A stretch of 64,000 nucleotides of DNA from positions 62,001 through 126,000 of the forward strand of contig JAIVFI010000041.1 of the NCBI GenBank assembly GCA_025558095.1. Direction: 5' to 3'. The notes beneath the pieces were generated by a model. That model saw nothing but the letters and a program-made list of their open reading frames with translations. It searched no databases and had not been told where the DNA came from. Made by a program: the position numbers and the translations under genes. The stretch comes from Hyaloraphidium curvatum SAG 235-1. Taxonomy: Eukaryota > Fungi > Monoblepharomycota. Shown in pieces: positions 46,897 through 63,920 of the stretch (its first letter is position 1; each line of letters starts with the position of its first letter).

Positions 46897-46997
46897 TGTG
46901 ACATGGTCTTAGACGTCAGACCACTTGCATTGGGCCAGATACGTTACGCTCTCTCTCTAGTCCAGTGGGCTTAAACCAAGTCCCTGTTCTGGTCACA
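46897..46997. mobile_element. Possible ~100 bp solo LTR
   Basis: TGTGAC...GTCACA inverted termini; flanks CTACG and CCATG could both derive from CCACG by C-to-T decay. Confidence 0.3.
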
Positions 46998-47574
46998 CCA
47001 TGCTGCAGCGCATCTTTGTGCTCATGCTGCTGGTCTTGCGTGACTCACGGACTGCGCATAGGCCGGCGACAGGAGGCGAGCTTCTGCGCCTCAATGGACG
47101 TAACCTTGCGCCTCAACGGACGTGCACATTGCATGCCCGGCAGCTGGCTTGCATGCCCGGCAGCTGGCTTTCTTGCAACCGCCGACGTCCAGTTCGGCCC
47201 CGAGCTCGGCGGCGACGATTGCACGGGCAAGAGCAGGTGCGCGGTGGGCGCGTCCGACGCCAAGGAGATGAAGGCACGCTTGTTGCAAGGGGCGAATCCT
47301 TGCGGTGCCTGCTACATCTCCGCCCTGGGGGCCGAAACACGTCTCTCCCGCGTGCTGCAAGGGGGGGGGGGGGGGGGAGAGGAAGTCGGCCACGAGCAGC
47401 GCATTCGCAAGGGATGAGGGCGGAGTAAAGCGAGAGGAGGCGGCGGAGAATTAACGGGATTGGCCGCTCGTCAGCCAGCTTTCACCCCTCAATGTCCTCC
47501 CTAACACCTGCTATGCATGCCGATCACTCCAGTGCGACCCAAACCAATGAATTGCCCTGACCTCGATACACAGC

Positions 47575-49257
47575 CTAGTTTGTTCCGCTTGTGAGATCGC
47601 CCGCCAGGCTGCGCCGGAGGAGGACCCGAGTGTTTTCGGCCGTCATGGGGATGGGGTTGCCACCTGCACATCTTCGATCAAACCAGCGACACGAGCAGCA
47701 AACATGACGGCGCTCGAGCTCACCAGCAGTAGGGTCGACAAGCGCCATGCTTACGATCTGCTCGAACTCGGCGCCTCCTTCTTTCCACTGCGAAGCGTCC
47801 ACGTTCTTGGTCTTCAGCAGGTCAACAAGGGTGTGCGGCACATTCGTCGCCTTCCGCATAGCGAGTACCCATTCCAGCAGGCCATCAAACCCGTTCTCGA
47901 TGCCAACGTAGGCCGCAAGACGGTTCATCCGCTCCTCGATGACCGGCCGATTGAACTGCAGCACGTAAGGCATGAAGACGGCGTTTGTGAGGCCATGGTG
48001 CGAATCGTAGAGAGCACCGATTGGGTGGGATAGGGCGTGAATGGCACCGAGTCTGGAGGTGCAGGGAACAACCCGTCAGCTGCTGCAACTCCATGGTGCC
48101 GCAGATCACCGCCCACCCTTTCTGAAACGCCGTAGCACCCATAGCAGCCGCGCACAGCATGTTGCTGATGCCAAAGCGTCGTTAGGTCGGCATGCAACGG
48201 CTGCGTCACCACCCACGCCCTGGCCTCCATGTCATCCGGCTTCTCATACGCCTTCAGCAGCGATTCCTTGACCAATCGCGTGCCTTCAACAGCGATACCA
48301 TCCGCCATTGGATGCTTAACGAAGTTGTCAGAGGAGGGCAACGGGGGCAGAGTGCCGGGACACCGACATATCCGGGGGCGCTGTAGGCCTCTAGGCAGTG
48401 AGCCAGAGCATCAAAACCGGTGGCCGCCGTCAGGTGCTTCGGCAATCCGACGGTCAAGGCGGGATCTGCGACCACAACTGAAGGTTGCATTTTGGGGTGG
48501 AAGATGACCTGCGACCGGGAAGGGTGAGCTCGGCCGAAACCTCGCTCCCGCAAGAATGTACCTTTTTGGTGTGCGTCTTCTCGTCGGTGATCACCGAAGC
48601 TCTTCCAACCTCCGAACCAGTCCCTGCGGTCGTCGGGATTGCGACGATCGGCGCGATTCCGTCGGGGTTGGCCCGAGTCCACCAATCGCCCTGAGAAATG
48701 CCGTCATCCGGTCTGCCAAAGCTCGACGCAGTCTCGCAAAAGCTCACGATGTCCTCAAAGTCCCACATCGGTCGCGTCTGACCAGCCATGAAAGCGATCT
48801 TGGCACGTTGTCCCCAATAAGAGTGGGATCACAAGGTAGCACCGACCGTGCCCACCGCCTTCCCCGTGTCTAGCCCCGAGCCCCCGCCAAAAGCAATCAC
48901 TCCATCGTAACCTCCCTCGCGGAATACCTTGAGCCCCGCCTCGACGTTCTCCGAAACTGGGTTCGACCGGATGTCCGAGAAGACACCCGATTGGAGCCCA
49001 GCTCCTTCCAGGATGCTCAGCATCTCCTTCACAACCGGCATCCCGGCGAGCACCGGGTCCTGACCGATCCTTGGGCCTCAGCATCCAATCGAAGGGCTCA
49101 AGGGGAAAGAAAAACCGACCGTGACAATGAGAGGTTTCTTGATCTTCGCATCTGCACATGCCGCGGGTAGCTCGGCAAGCCTCCCCGGCCCAAACTTGAT
49201 CTTGGTAGGATAGGAGAAATTCCCCGTTATCACGGGAGAGGCACCGTTGGCAGCCAT
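47575..49257 (-). CDS. Iron-containing alcohol dehydrogenase (Fe-ADH), about eight introns
   Basis: YPTKIKFGPG, IAFGGGSGLDTGK, WDFEDI|GDWWTRA, IPTTAGTGSEV, TGFDALAHCLEAY, GAIHALSHPIG, HHGLTNAV. Confidence 0.92.
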
Positions 49258-49425
49258 AGCGGCAGGGGCAGGAAAGATGACCAGCGCGCGCGCAATGTCA
49301 CCCACCCGATCGCCCGATCGCGACCAATCGGAAAATCCCCCGCCGTGCGACTTGTGAGAGCAGAGCAACATAGCATTCATTCAACGACCGTACAAAGGGA
49401 ATGACACAGAACGATGGATCGATCG

Positions 49426-50459
49426 TCAACGGGCCGTCATCGCCATGATCTGGTTCCAATCCGCCCCCTCTGGACTCATTGGGTCCTCTGCCGTCTCGTC
49501 TGCTCCTACGTATGCGACCGCAACGGGAGAGTACTCCGCAACGGCTTCCGACACGGTATCCCCAGCGGCGGCATCCGGTTTCTCCTCCACCGGAGGCCGA
49601 GACGGTGCGGCGCCTCCGCCCTTCAAGTTCCGTGTCGGGGGAACCGGAGCATTGTCGAGTTCGACGAGATCGCTCTTCGACGGCGTAATCGATCCAAGAG
49701 GCTTTGCCTCGGGTTCTGCGCCCCGCTGCTCCGACGGCTTCGGAAGATAAGCACCTCCGATCTCTCGTCGGCCCCCAAACGTGATCCCGCTCTGGTTTGC
49801 GCCTCCAGCGTACCCATACTGCAGCGAAACCACTTTCTTCGACTCGGCAATTTGCTCCGGCGTCCAGTTGATGGACCGGGACTCGGCCAGCTTCGGGCCA
49901 AGCACCGGCCCTCCCCATCCCTGCTTTGCGGCCGTGCGAGACAGGGCAAAGATGCAGTCGACTACCTGGTTCAAGTTTTTGCTCTCGTAGAGATCGACCG
50001 TCTGGAACAGCTCAAAGCGGGGAACTCCGAAGCGCTCGCAAGACGTCAGAAACAGTTGGATGTTCTCCATCTGACGGAAGGGCATTGAGCTGGCCTGTAT
50101 CTTTGCAATGGTGCCGGGAGCAATGGTGTTGATCAGGTGGCAGAGCCTCGTTCCGTCCTTCAGGTTCTCCTGTGGGGATCGTGGGTTCCAGCGACATAGG
50201 GAGTGCCGGATTGGGGGAATGTCAGGCGCGGGTTGAACGCCGAACGAAGAATCGTGCCCACCTGAAACGACTTGTCGCTATCGAAAGTCTCTCCGATGAG
50301 GGCCTCGATCCACTCTTTGGCCTCTTTCTCGCGTTCCGGCGAAAACTTGGCTGCCCGCTTCTGGGACAATTCCTTGTCCAAACCGTAGAGCGGCGTTCCC
50401 CGCTCGTCCAGCAAATCGGGCTGGCTGTAGCTGGCCGGCATGCCCTGCACCTTGGACAT
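49426..50459 (-). CDS. Calponin/transgelin-family actin-binding protein (SCP1/Stg1-like)
   Basis: LYGLDKEL..AKFSPEREKEAKEWIE, LKDGTRLC, FRQMENIQLFL, FQTVDLYE, calponin repeat SLQYGYAGGANQSG. Confidence 0.9.
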
Positions 50460-50865
50460 CTCGATCGGGACAGCAACCTTGCCGTAGCCTCCGCCCTTCA
50501 AAACGACGAAAACAGTGCCAATCTCCGGTGCCTCCAAACAGACAAGAGACCTTGCAAACGATCCTCCGCAGCAGCCGAAGCAAATCAGCAATGGGTGAAG
50601 ATGCTAGGGCTCGGACAAGAGGACCGAATGCCAGGTGCAGAGGGGCCGCGGAGCCGTGTGTTTGGAGGGGTTGGGCGGGCGGAGCTTGAGTTTCCCCCAC
50701 TCCCCACGAATCTCGAATCTCGCTTGCTTCTCTCCCTCCCTCCTCTAACGCATTGTCATTTCTAAGCATCTACCTCTCTCTAAGTTCTCTACGTCCGCCG
50801 GTCATCCGTCGCCTCCCGGCAGAGCTGTTTGCGACCTTTTGCGGCAGCCGCGCCGACCTGACTGA

Positions 50866-55856
<4,991 letters not shown>

Positions 55857-56051
55857 CGGGGCCGACGCGCAGGCCAATGCGGCCGACGGGCGCTAAGCAG
55901 AGCGATCGATCGTTTGAAGGCAGACGATCGTTCAGTGTACGCGCCCATTCCCGGCTATTTCCTCCCCCTCCCTCTTCCTCCCCCCTCTCGCTCCGCTTTG
56001 CCGGGGGCGATTCCGGGCACTCGCGAGCTCGCAAGAATCGACGGGTATCCA

Positions 56052-57518
56052 ATGGACGGACTGAAGGACGATGGGCCCGAATCCGACGCCGAAGCGCTGC
56101 TTCTGCGGAGGCGACTGGGCGATGGGCCCGAATCCGACGACGAAACATTGCTTCTGCGGAGGCGGACGGGTTTCCTCCCTGTCGAACTGGTGAAGGGCTA
56201 CGATGGATACTCGGAAGTTGAAGGCACCATCGTTAGAAGAATCGACGCCGAAATCATGCCTCTGGTAATGGTCCTCTACCTCTTTGCCCTCTTGGATCGT
56301 CATTCTATCGGGCTCGCTCGTGTTGCTGGGTCCGCCGCAAGTCACGGAATGGAGGCCGAACTCGGGCTCAGAGATGAGGATTACGGGACCTGTGTCTTCG
56401 CATTCGTTCTGGGATATACGGTGCTAGAGATCCCCTCGAATCTCCTGCTCTCTCGCTTCACGCCTCGTTTCTGGCTAAGTCGTATTATGGTTAGTTGGGG
56501 TTGCGTGACCGTCATGATGGCCTTTGCTTGGGACTTTGCCTCGCTCGCAACCCTTCGCTTCCTGCTGGGGGTCGCCGAGAGCGGTTTCTTCCCCGGAATC
56601 CTTCTGTACCTGACGTTCTGGTTCAGGAAATCCGAGCAGGCGCTTCGCCTCGCGCTGTTCATGGCCTCGGCATCCGTCGCGGGCTTCCTGGGCGGGGTAC
56701 TCGCATACGTGTTGAGCAACCTCGACGGCTTTCTGGGGCTGAGCGGCTGGCGTTGGATCTTTCTCGTGGAGGGGATTCCTTCCATCCTCCTCGGCTTTTA
56801 TGCCTACAGGAAGCTGCACAACTTCCCGGACTCGGCCAGCTTCCTGACGAAAGACGAGCGCGAGCTTGCGGTCAAGCGCCTGGGAGCGCACGCACCTTCA
56901 TCGAAAGATCCGCACTTTGACTGGGAACAGTTTACACGCGCCGTTCGGGATCCCGTCCTGCATCTCTTCTGCGCGGGATATGTGTGCCTGATGAGCCCCC
57001 TTCACGCCAACGCAGCGTTCATGCCCACGATTCTGCGATCCATGGGCTTCAGCTCGCAGGCGACGCTGCTGCTTTCCGCGCCGCCGCACCTCTGCGGCCT
57101 TCTCACGCAAATTCCGTGGGCGTTGCATTCGGACCGCTCGGGAACGCGATGGCCTTACGTGATGGTCGCCGTGGCTATGCAGATGGTGGGCTACAGCGTC
57201 ATGCTCGCCTTCCAATCCGTCACTGTGCGGTATTTTGCCTGCTTTTTGGTGCAGGCCGGCGCGAGCGCCGCGGTAGTGATCTACCTCTCGTGGACCACGT
57301 CGCATTTTTCCGGGGTCGGCTCGCAGACCCGTACGGCAGTCTCCACGGCGGCCGTGGTGTCTGTCGGGAACCTCTTGGCGGGCTTTGTCGGATCCTATGC
57401 CTTCAAAGCATCGGACGCACCCGGGTACCGGGCGGGCTTCACGCAGAACATCATTTTCAACCTCCTAACGCTCGGCTGCGTCGCCGTGCTCAAGCGGTGG
57501 GCACCTTCAAGCCATTGA
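56052..57518 (+). CDS. MFS transporter, anion:cation symporter (allantoate/nicotinate permease-like), intronless
   Basis: RRIDAEIMP, LDRHSIG, EIPSN, RFLLGVAESGFFPG, YLTFWF, GWRWIFLVEG; upstream in-frame ATG at 55848. Confidence 0.9.
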   Translation: MDGLKDDGPESDAEALLLRRRLGDGPESDDETLLLRRRTGFLPVELVKGYDGYSEVEGTIVRRIDAEIMPLVMVLYLFALLDRHSIGLARVAGSAASHGMEAELGLRDEDYGTCVFAFVLGYTVLEIPSNLLLSRFTPRFWLSRIMVSWGCVTVMMAFAWDFASLATLRFLLGVAESGFFPGILLYLTFWFRKSEQALRLALFMASASVAGFLGGVLAYVLSNLDGFLGLSGWRWIFLVEGIPSILLGFYAYRKLHNFPDSASFLTKDERELAVKRLGAHAPSSKDPHFDWEQFTRAVRDPVLHLFCAGYVCLMSPLHANAAFMPTILRSMGFSSQATLLLSAPPHLCGLLTQIPWALHSDRSGTRWPYVMVAVAMQMVGYSVMLAFQSVTVRYFACFLVQAGASAAVVIYLSWTTSHFSGVGSQTRTAVSTAAVVSVGNLLAGFVGSYAFKASDAPGYRAGFTQNIIFNLLTLGCVAVLKRWAPSSH

Positions 57519-57624
57519 CATTTGCCTGCGGGTGCGCGACTGGACGGATTCGTGATTACCCGAGATACCATGAATCAGCAAATAGACACAGACATCTACA
57601 CTCGTCCATAAACTATTTTCACGC

Positions 57625-60493
57625 TCACGCCTCCGACTCGTCCAATGCGTCCTCGGATTCGGCAAGCTGGTCGTAGCTCCGCCGACTCCGCCGTCGGAGC
57701 AGCCGCCAAACCATGTACCCTCCCGATGCGGCGAGACAAGCCCCCATTGCCGCTCCTGCGGCGACTCCCGCGACAGCGGTTCCGGGAGTTGATGCCGTCC
57801 GATGCGCCTCTTCCAGAAGCTGCGGAACGCCGAACTTTGTCGGCGCCCTATTCGCAGCCGGCGGCGGAGACGTCCGAGTGGCGGTTGCCGTCTGTGAGGG
57901 CCGCGCGCCGGCGCCAGCACCGGCGGTTGAAGGATCCCGCACCGAAAACGGGAGCTCCACAACGACGCTCCGATCGATGGGCAGCGCCTCCGGCGCGCGG
58001 CGTCGCCTCATCTGCCCGTAGTCCACGCCGAGCTGGAAAAGCACGGTGAAGGGCACGATCCTCCCCGGGTCCGTAGCCGAGTTGAGCATCGAGGTCGACG
58101 CGGATGTGCCCACGGAGGCGTTGAAGGAAAAGCTGCGCGAAGGCGTCAGGGTATTGGAGTTCGAGGTGGTCCCTTGATCGACCCCGACTGGAGGGTGGCG
58201 AAACGATGGTCAGCGTTCGGACCGCAAACGACGTCCAATCGACTCACTTGCGGTCCCAAATGCCGTCGCCGCGCCCGAGCTCACGAGCTGCCTGAGCGCC
58301 CAGGGGTTGCCGGGCTGGGAAACAAGCTCCTCGTTCCGCAGGAAAGCGTTGACCACGGTCAGGTCCGCGATCCGCTTCTCGGTACTCGTGACGGCGATGG
58401 AGATGGGCACCTCCCGCCCGAGGATCGCAAGCTCGCCCGGGATGGACGCGGTCGCGGTCGGCGCTGCGATGACCTTGTCCAGGACCGGCCCCGCACAGAG
58501 GTCGAAGCTCGGGATCGAGTACTGGACGGTCCACGTCGCGAATCCCGCCGGGCAAGGGCGCTGTTGACCGTTGACCGGATCCGTGCTGCTCGTCCATTGG
58601 CTGTAGCAGTTGCGCTGCACGAGGTGGGAAAGCGTCCTCGTGGCGTCGCACGTCGCGGTCGGGATGGTCCACGTCATGCTGAAGCTCTGGCTGCAGCTGA
58701 AGCCCGCGGCCTGCAGCGTGGTTGCGCACTCCGCGGGAGCGACCGACGACGTGACCGTCCCCATGGTGAACCCCGAAGGATTGCTGTTGCCGTTGAGGAC
58801 AGAGTGCCTGAAGGGGTACGGCGTTCTGATGTTGCTAAAAAGGAGGGTTCGAGTGAGTTCAGCCTGCGAGCATGCCGAAGGAAAACACCCACAGAGAAAT
58901 GTCGACGTAGTTCGGCCCGCTCGGGTTAATCGGGCTCCGTATCGAGTACGCGACGACGGCGAGCGAATTGGTGCCATTGTCGCCTTGCACGACGACCGTG
59001 TCGGTGGTGACGGATGCGAGGTACGGGAAGGTGACCGTGACGGCGTGCGTGGACTCGCCGACCCGGGTCCCGCCGTTGTCCAGCTGATCCGTCCAGCGCA
59101 GGGTGAAGTTGCCGTTGAACGTGTTTGCCGAGCCGTTGTCGACCCGCGTCCAGCCGCTTAGGGACCACACGTCCTGCCAAGGAACCCCAACCACCAGGTC
59201 CTGCTTGCAGTCCATGTCCGGCGGGCTGCCCACGAAGGTGGGAGTCGACACCGTTTCGGCAGCGGGCCATACGTAAGTCGAGCCGACCAGCGAGATGGTG
59301 ATGGTGCGGAAGGATGTCGAGTTCCACTCGACCCCGAGGTACGGCGTGGTCACGGTGACGTTGAAAAGGTAACGGTCGATGACGACGCTGGTGATGTTGG
59401 GCGCCGCCGCATAGGACACGTTGGTCGACGACGGGACCACGACGTTGCATCCCGTCTGCTGCAGGAGCAAGACTTGCCTGCTCTCGTCGACGCTGACATC
59501 CCAGAGCGGCTGCAGGGTGGGAACTGTTGCAACGTTGTCCGGTTGGATCTGGCCGCCGAGGACGAGCTGCTGCGCAGGCTAGCAAATGCGAGAGTCAGCT
59601 GCGGCGGACCGCCACGGGTGTTGCACCCGACTCACCGTCTTCACGACGCCGAGGAGAGTCGACGCGGCCGAGATCGCGTACGCAGGGTCGTTCTGCGCGT
59701 AAGTGCCGTCCCCGGGGATGTAATTCAAGCCGTCGCGGTTGACAAAGAGCGTGGTGCCGTTGCTGAGGAGGGCCATCATGACGTCTTTGCCGAGGGAGAC
59801 GTCCACGACCGGCAGGTAGTCAAGCAGGGTGGGCGGGTTGAAGAGCAGGGGGTCCGGGGGCACGGCGCCGAGGCCCATGTACGTGAAGGACCCGTTGCGG
59901 TTGCGCAGCACCATCAGGTCGCCGCCGCACCACATGTCGTCGTAGGTGCCCGGGATCGTCGGCGGCGTGCCTCCCCAGCAGGTGATGCCGCCCGAAGGGC
60001 CCATGGCGCAGGCGACTGTTGCCCACCAGGCGATGCAGACCTTGACCGCGGAGCCGTCCTGGGTCAGGAACACGGGGATGTTGTCGACGAAAAGGCTGCC
60101 CGCATCGCCCCACGCCGTGACCTGCTGCATGGTGTCGACGGCCAGCGAGGCGGACGGCGACGTGACGAACTGCGTGACGCGGGCGACGATGGAGCCGGGC
60201 ACGTTCGCAGCCGGGACGTCGGTGCCCTGCACGGCCCAGCCGAGCAGCTGGCCGGCCCGCGTGAGGCCGAGCCCGTGGTTGTTCCCCGCGGCGACGGCGA
60301 CGAAGTCGTCGCGGGCGGGCGGTATCGCCGTCGCTGCGCCGCCCGGCGCCTGCTCGAACCAGGAAACGGCGACGCACTTGGCGCCCAGCGCGCACTGGCT
60401 AGAGGTCGTCGGCAGTGTTTGGCCGCCAGCGGAGCCCGCGAGCGCCGCCGCAGCCAGCGCCGCCAGCAGGCGGGAGGTCCATAGCCGCCGCAT
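57625..60493 (-). CDS. Secreted type-I membrane protein: signal peptide, RCC1/BLIP-II-like repeats, beta-rich Cys domain, RRRR site, C-terminal TM (multi-exon)
   Basis: MRRLWTSRLLAALAAAALAGSAGG; VAVAAGNNHGLGLTRAGQLLGW; GVDYGQMRRRRAP; AVAGVAAGAAMGACLAASGGYMVWRLLRRR. Confidence 0.7.
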
Positions 60494-60726
60494 CGTGCAA
60501 AAGAGAGCGGACGGATCGCCCTACGAGCCCATGGGGGTGGGAACTGGGCGGAGGAAGGGTGGGGGGCGGAGCGGGCGCAGCAACAGCGGCGCGAGTACGA
60601 TCACTCGAACCCCCGACTCCTTTCCCCAGCTGTCCGACGACCTCAGCACCAGCGATCGGCAAAAGCAATCATCACGAGACATTTGCCATTCGGGCTGCGC
60701 ACACACGTGTCGAAATCTGACAGAAG

Positions 60727-61431
60727 CTACGCCATCGCCCCAACCGCCATCGCCCCCACCGCCGCCCCGGCGATCGCCGCCAACCCCGCCAGCCCTCCTG
60801 CGTAACGCCTTGCAGCACCCGACGGTTTTGTTGGTACCAGGAGCCCCACGCCCTGCGCCGCGTCAGCCGGCCCGACGGCATCGGCGCCCGATTGCGAAAC
60901 CACGTATCCCCGCTTCTTGCCGCACTTTTCGAAGCACGTAGATTTAGAAAAGGTGCCCGAGTGCTGCTTGGAGTCGCAGCACACGCAGCCCGTTCCGGCG
61001 TCCAGGTCGAGGCCGTTGAGCATCACCGTGCCCCCGGTGTTGTCGAAGGCCATCTTCCCGTTCTCGCAGCGGTCGGCAAAGGCCGTCGAATTTCCGTCGG
61101 TCTTTCCGAGATCGCAGTAATCCCACCAAAATCCATCTGCTAGGAGCGGCTTCTCCCTAACGCCGCAGCCGCTGGGCGTTTTGCACCACTTTTTGATCGG
61201 GGAGAAGATGGAGAGCGCACACGCTCCCTGGCACCGGCACCCGTGGACGTCCGTGATGACCGCGCGGCGCACCAGGCCCGAAAACTGCAGCTGCCCCCCC
61301 GGGGAGCCATCGGGGGGTTCTAGTGCGCGGGAGGGGTGCAACTCCGCCGCCGGGACCCCTGCCGCCGCCGCCGCCCCGAGGAGGCAGAAAAGCAGCAGGG
61401 CCCGCGCCAGATGGAGTGGTAATATTCTCAT
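60727..61431 (-). CDS. Small secreted Cys-rich protein, possibly GPI-anchored
   Basis: Signal peptide MRILPLHLARALLLFCLLG; HGCRC..C..WCKT..GCG..WWDYC; hydrophobic C-terminus. Confidence 0.65.
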   Translation of the reverse strand: MRILPLHLARALLLFCLLGAAAAAGVPAAELHPSRALEPPDGSPGGQLQFSGLVRRAVITDVHGCRCQGACALSIFSPIKKWCKTPSGCGVREKPLLADGFWWDYCDLGKTDGNSTAFADRCENGKMAFDNTGGTVMLNGLDLDAGTGCVCCDSKQHSGTFSKSTCFEKCGKKRGYVVSQSGADAVGPADAAQGVGLLVPTKPSGAARRYAGGLAGLAAIAGAAVGAMAVGAMA

Positions 61432-61625
61432 CGGAGCCGTCGCAAGCGCATGCGCCGCAAATCGCTGGGATTTATGGCTTCGGCGGCGGGGCGGAGCTGC
61501 AGGTGGGGCGCAGGGACGCACCTCCTCGGTCGATCAGTGCCCCGGCTCAACCCGATCGGACAGGGAACGCACAAAGTTCTACAGTAGATCAAGCCACATC
61601 ACATTCATCTCGCCATCCACCTTGC

Positions 61626-63305
61626 TCAAGAAACCGATCCGGGCGGACCCCGCCCCCGCTCCCACACCTCTGCCAAGAAACCAATCCCGACGACTCCCTG
61701 CACGCCCTGCACCGTCAGCCCCGGCGTCCCCGGCGTCACCTCGTAGGTGATCTTCAGAAAAGGCGTGTTGTCCCCCCCGTCCGCGAGCCGCACCACCGCG
61801 TCCCGCACCACGGACTCGCCCGCGTCCCTCTCCCTCTCCCTTTCCCTCGCCCGGTCCACGGACGGCGTCGGCGACGCCGTCCGCCGCGACAGCTTCCGCC
61901 ACAGCGTCGAAAGCGCCGACTCGTCGTCGTCCGCCGCGAAGGAACCCACCGACGTCGGCGTCCCCGCCCGCGAGAGCTTCTCGCTCAGCGCGCGCTCGGC
62001 GATCCGGTCCGCCGACATGGGCCCCGCGAGCCGCTCGGCGTTGGCCCGATCGGCGAGCGCGGCGGGGTCCAGACCGGGCGGTGGCGCGGCGCCGAGGTGC
62101 TCGACGACCTCGAAGGAGCCGGGGACCACGCGCGCGCCGGACTTTTGGAGCTCCGAGAGTGCGGCGAGGCGGTCCAGGCGCTCCTGCTCCTTTTCCCGCT
62201 CGGCCTGGCGGCGCGCCGACGAAAAGGGCAGCGTCCAGGACGGGGATTTGCGGTGTTGCTGCTTGCGGGGCGGGCTGGCCGGGCGCGAGGGGAAGGTCGG
62301 GGCGTGCTGCGGGTACGGCGGGGTTTCCACCGGCGGGGGCGGCGACGGCGAGAGCGAAAGCGTGGGGATGATTGGCGGCGGGGTCGCCGACGAAGGCGGG
62401 GTGCTCGCGGGCGAGGCGCTTCCCGGCGGGCGCAGGGTGCGCGGCTCGGGCGCCGTGTCGGCGTGCGATATCAGCCTGTCGGCGGTGTCCAGGAGCACCA
62501 GCTCGGGCGAGATGCGCTGCGGCTCGGTGAAGCTGATTTTGAGGCGCGAGAGGTCCGGCGCCGAGGCCACGGAATGGACCGACGGCGGCGGCGAGGGGGA
62601 AGGGTCGCACCGGCCCATCGACGGCGACGGTGCGCGCAATCGCGTCCCGGACAATGTGACTGCGGTGGCGCTGGCTGCGGCCGACGGCCTCCTGCGCGGG
62701 TCCGAGCCCGGCAGGTCCGCGACCAGGTGCGCGACCGGGCCCGGGCAGCCCCGCCAGAACCACTGCAGCTCGACGCGGCAGCCGCCCCACTGCGCGCGCA
62801 GCGGGAACAGCAGCGACTCGTGCTCCGCGCGGGCGACGGCGACTGCGCGGCGCAGGTTGTCGTCGAGCGGCGCGGCGGCGAGCAGCGCCTCGAGGCGGGC
62901 GAGGCGCGGGGCGAGCAGCGCGCGCGTGCGGCGGATGTCGAAGTCGAGCGACACGCGCGGCCGCGGCGGCGGGAGGAGGCGGCGGGCCGTCAAAACGTAC
63001 GGCAGCCGGAGGAGCTCGCCGGGCAGCGCGGGCACCGGCAGCAGCGAGTCCGCGGGGGCGTCCCCGGCCGGGTCGCCGCCCTCCCCCGCCGGTGCGCCCG
63101 CCAGGAAGACGAGGTCGACGCGCAGGAACGTCGCGCCGTCGCGCAGCAGCCCGTCCTCGAACGCGTCGCGCGCAGGCGCGTGCAGCGCGCGGCAAGTCCC
63201 GGACAGCGCGAGCAGCCCCGGCGGACGCAGCCGCCGCAGCACGCGCGCGAGCACCGGCGCCGGCAGCGACAGAAGCCCCGGCGCGGGGGGCGCCTCGTCG
63301 GCCAT
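61626..63305 (-). CDS. F-box protein
   Basis: N-terminal LLSLPAPVLARVLRRLRPPGLLALSGTCRAL; Pro/Ser-rich remainder; 3' end uncertain. Confidence 0.7.
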   Translation of the reverse strand: MADEAPPAPGLLSLPAPVLARVLRRLRPPGLLALSGTCRALHAPARDAFEDGLLRDGATFLRVDLVFLAGAPAGEGGDPAGDAPADSLLPVPALPGELLRLPYVLTARRLLPPPRPRVSLDFDIRRTRALLAPRLARLEALLAAAPLDDNLRRAVAVARAEHESLLFPLRAQWGGCRVELQWFWRGCPGPVAHLVADLPGSDPRRRPSAAASATAVTLSGTRLRAPSPSMGRCDPSPSPPPSVHSVASAPDLSRLKISFTEPQRISPELVLLDTADRLISHADTAPEPRTLRPPGSASPASTPPSSATPPPIIPTLSLSPSPPPPVETPPYPQHAPTFPSRPASPPRKQQHRKSPSWTLPFSSARRQAEREKEQERLDRLAALSELQKSGARVVPGSFEVVEHLGAAPPPGLDPAALADRANAERLAGPMSADRIAERALSEKLSRAGTPTSVGSFAADDDESALSTLWRKLSRRTASPTPSVDRARERERERDAGESVVRDAVVRLADGGDNTPFLKITYEVTPGTPGLTVQGVQGVVGIGFLAEVWERGRGPPGSVS

Positions 63306-63920
63306 GCGTCCGCGAATGCCCGACGGAGGCCCGACCACCTGCTGCGAACCATCACATGTGCGGACCCCCGGCCGGCGGCCCTCCGAAACCCAGCATCTCA
63401 CTTACTGCACGTTTCTGCAACATCGGTACGAGGTCCGGCACGGGGCTCGCGGAATGGACGGCCACCGGGGCCCGCATTCACGCGAAAGCCCCACAAAATC
63501 CGGAGTCTCATCGCGGTCTCGGTCCGAGCCCTGTCCCATAGCTCGGCCATCGAGCTTCCGAGGCAAAGAAGCAGGAGACACGGGGCGGCCGGATGTCAAA
63601 TGGGCCGCTAAAGCGCTCGCAATGCGGCCCGCGATTCTCCTGCAGAGCCGCTGTGGCAAAAGACCGCTTCCTCGCGGGGAGCTCCCGCCCTGCCCTGTAT
63701 CCGCATCGCGAGGACCGCCGGAGCCAGCGACGCATAGTCGCACACAAACGATGCGTTGCGACGGGGAACCCGCGAGGGATTGCCGCCGCGGGCGAACTAA
63801 ACTGTTTCGGGTGCCAGGGAGCCGCCCTAGACCGCATGGCCGCAGCAGCTTGCTCCCGGGTTTATGCATCGCACGGCGCCAAGTCCGGTAGGAGTTCGTG
63901 GATTGAAACTTTAGCTCTGC

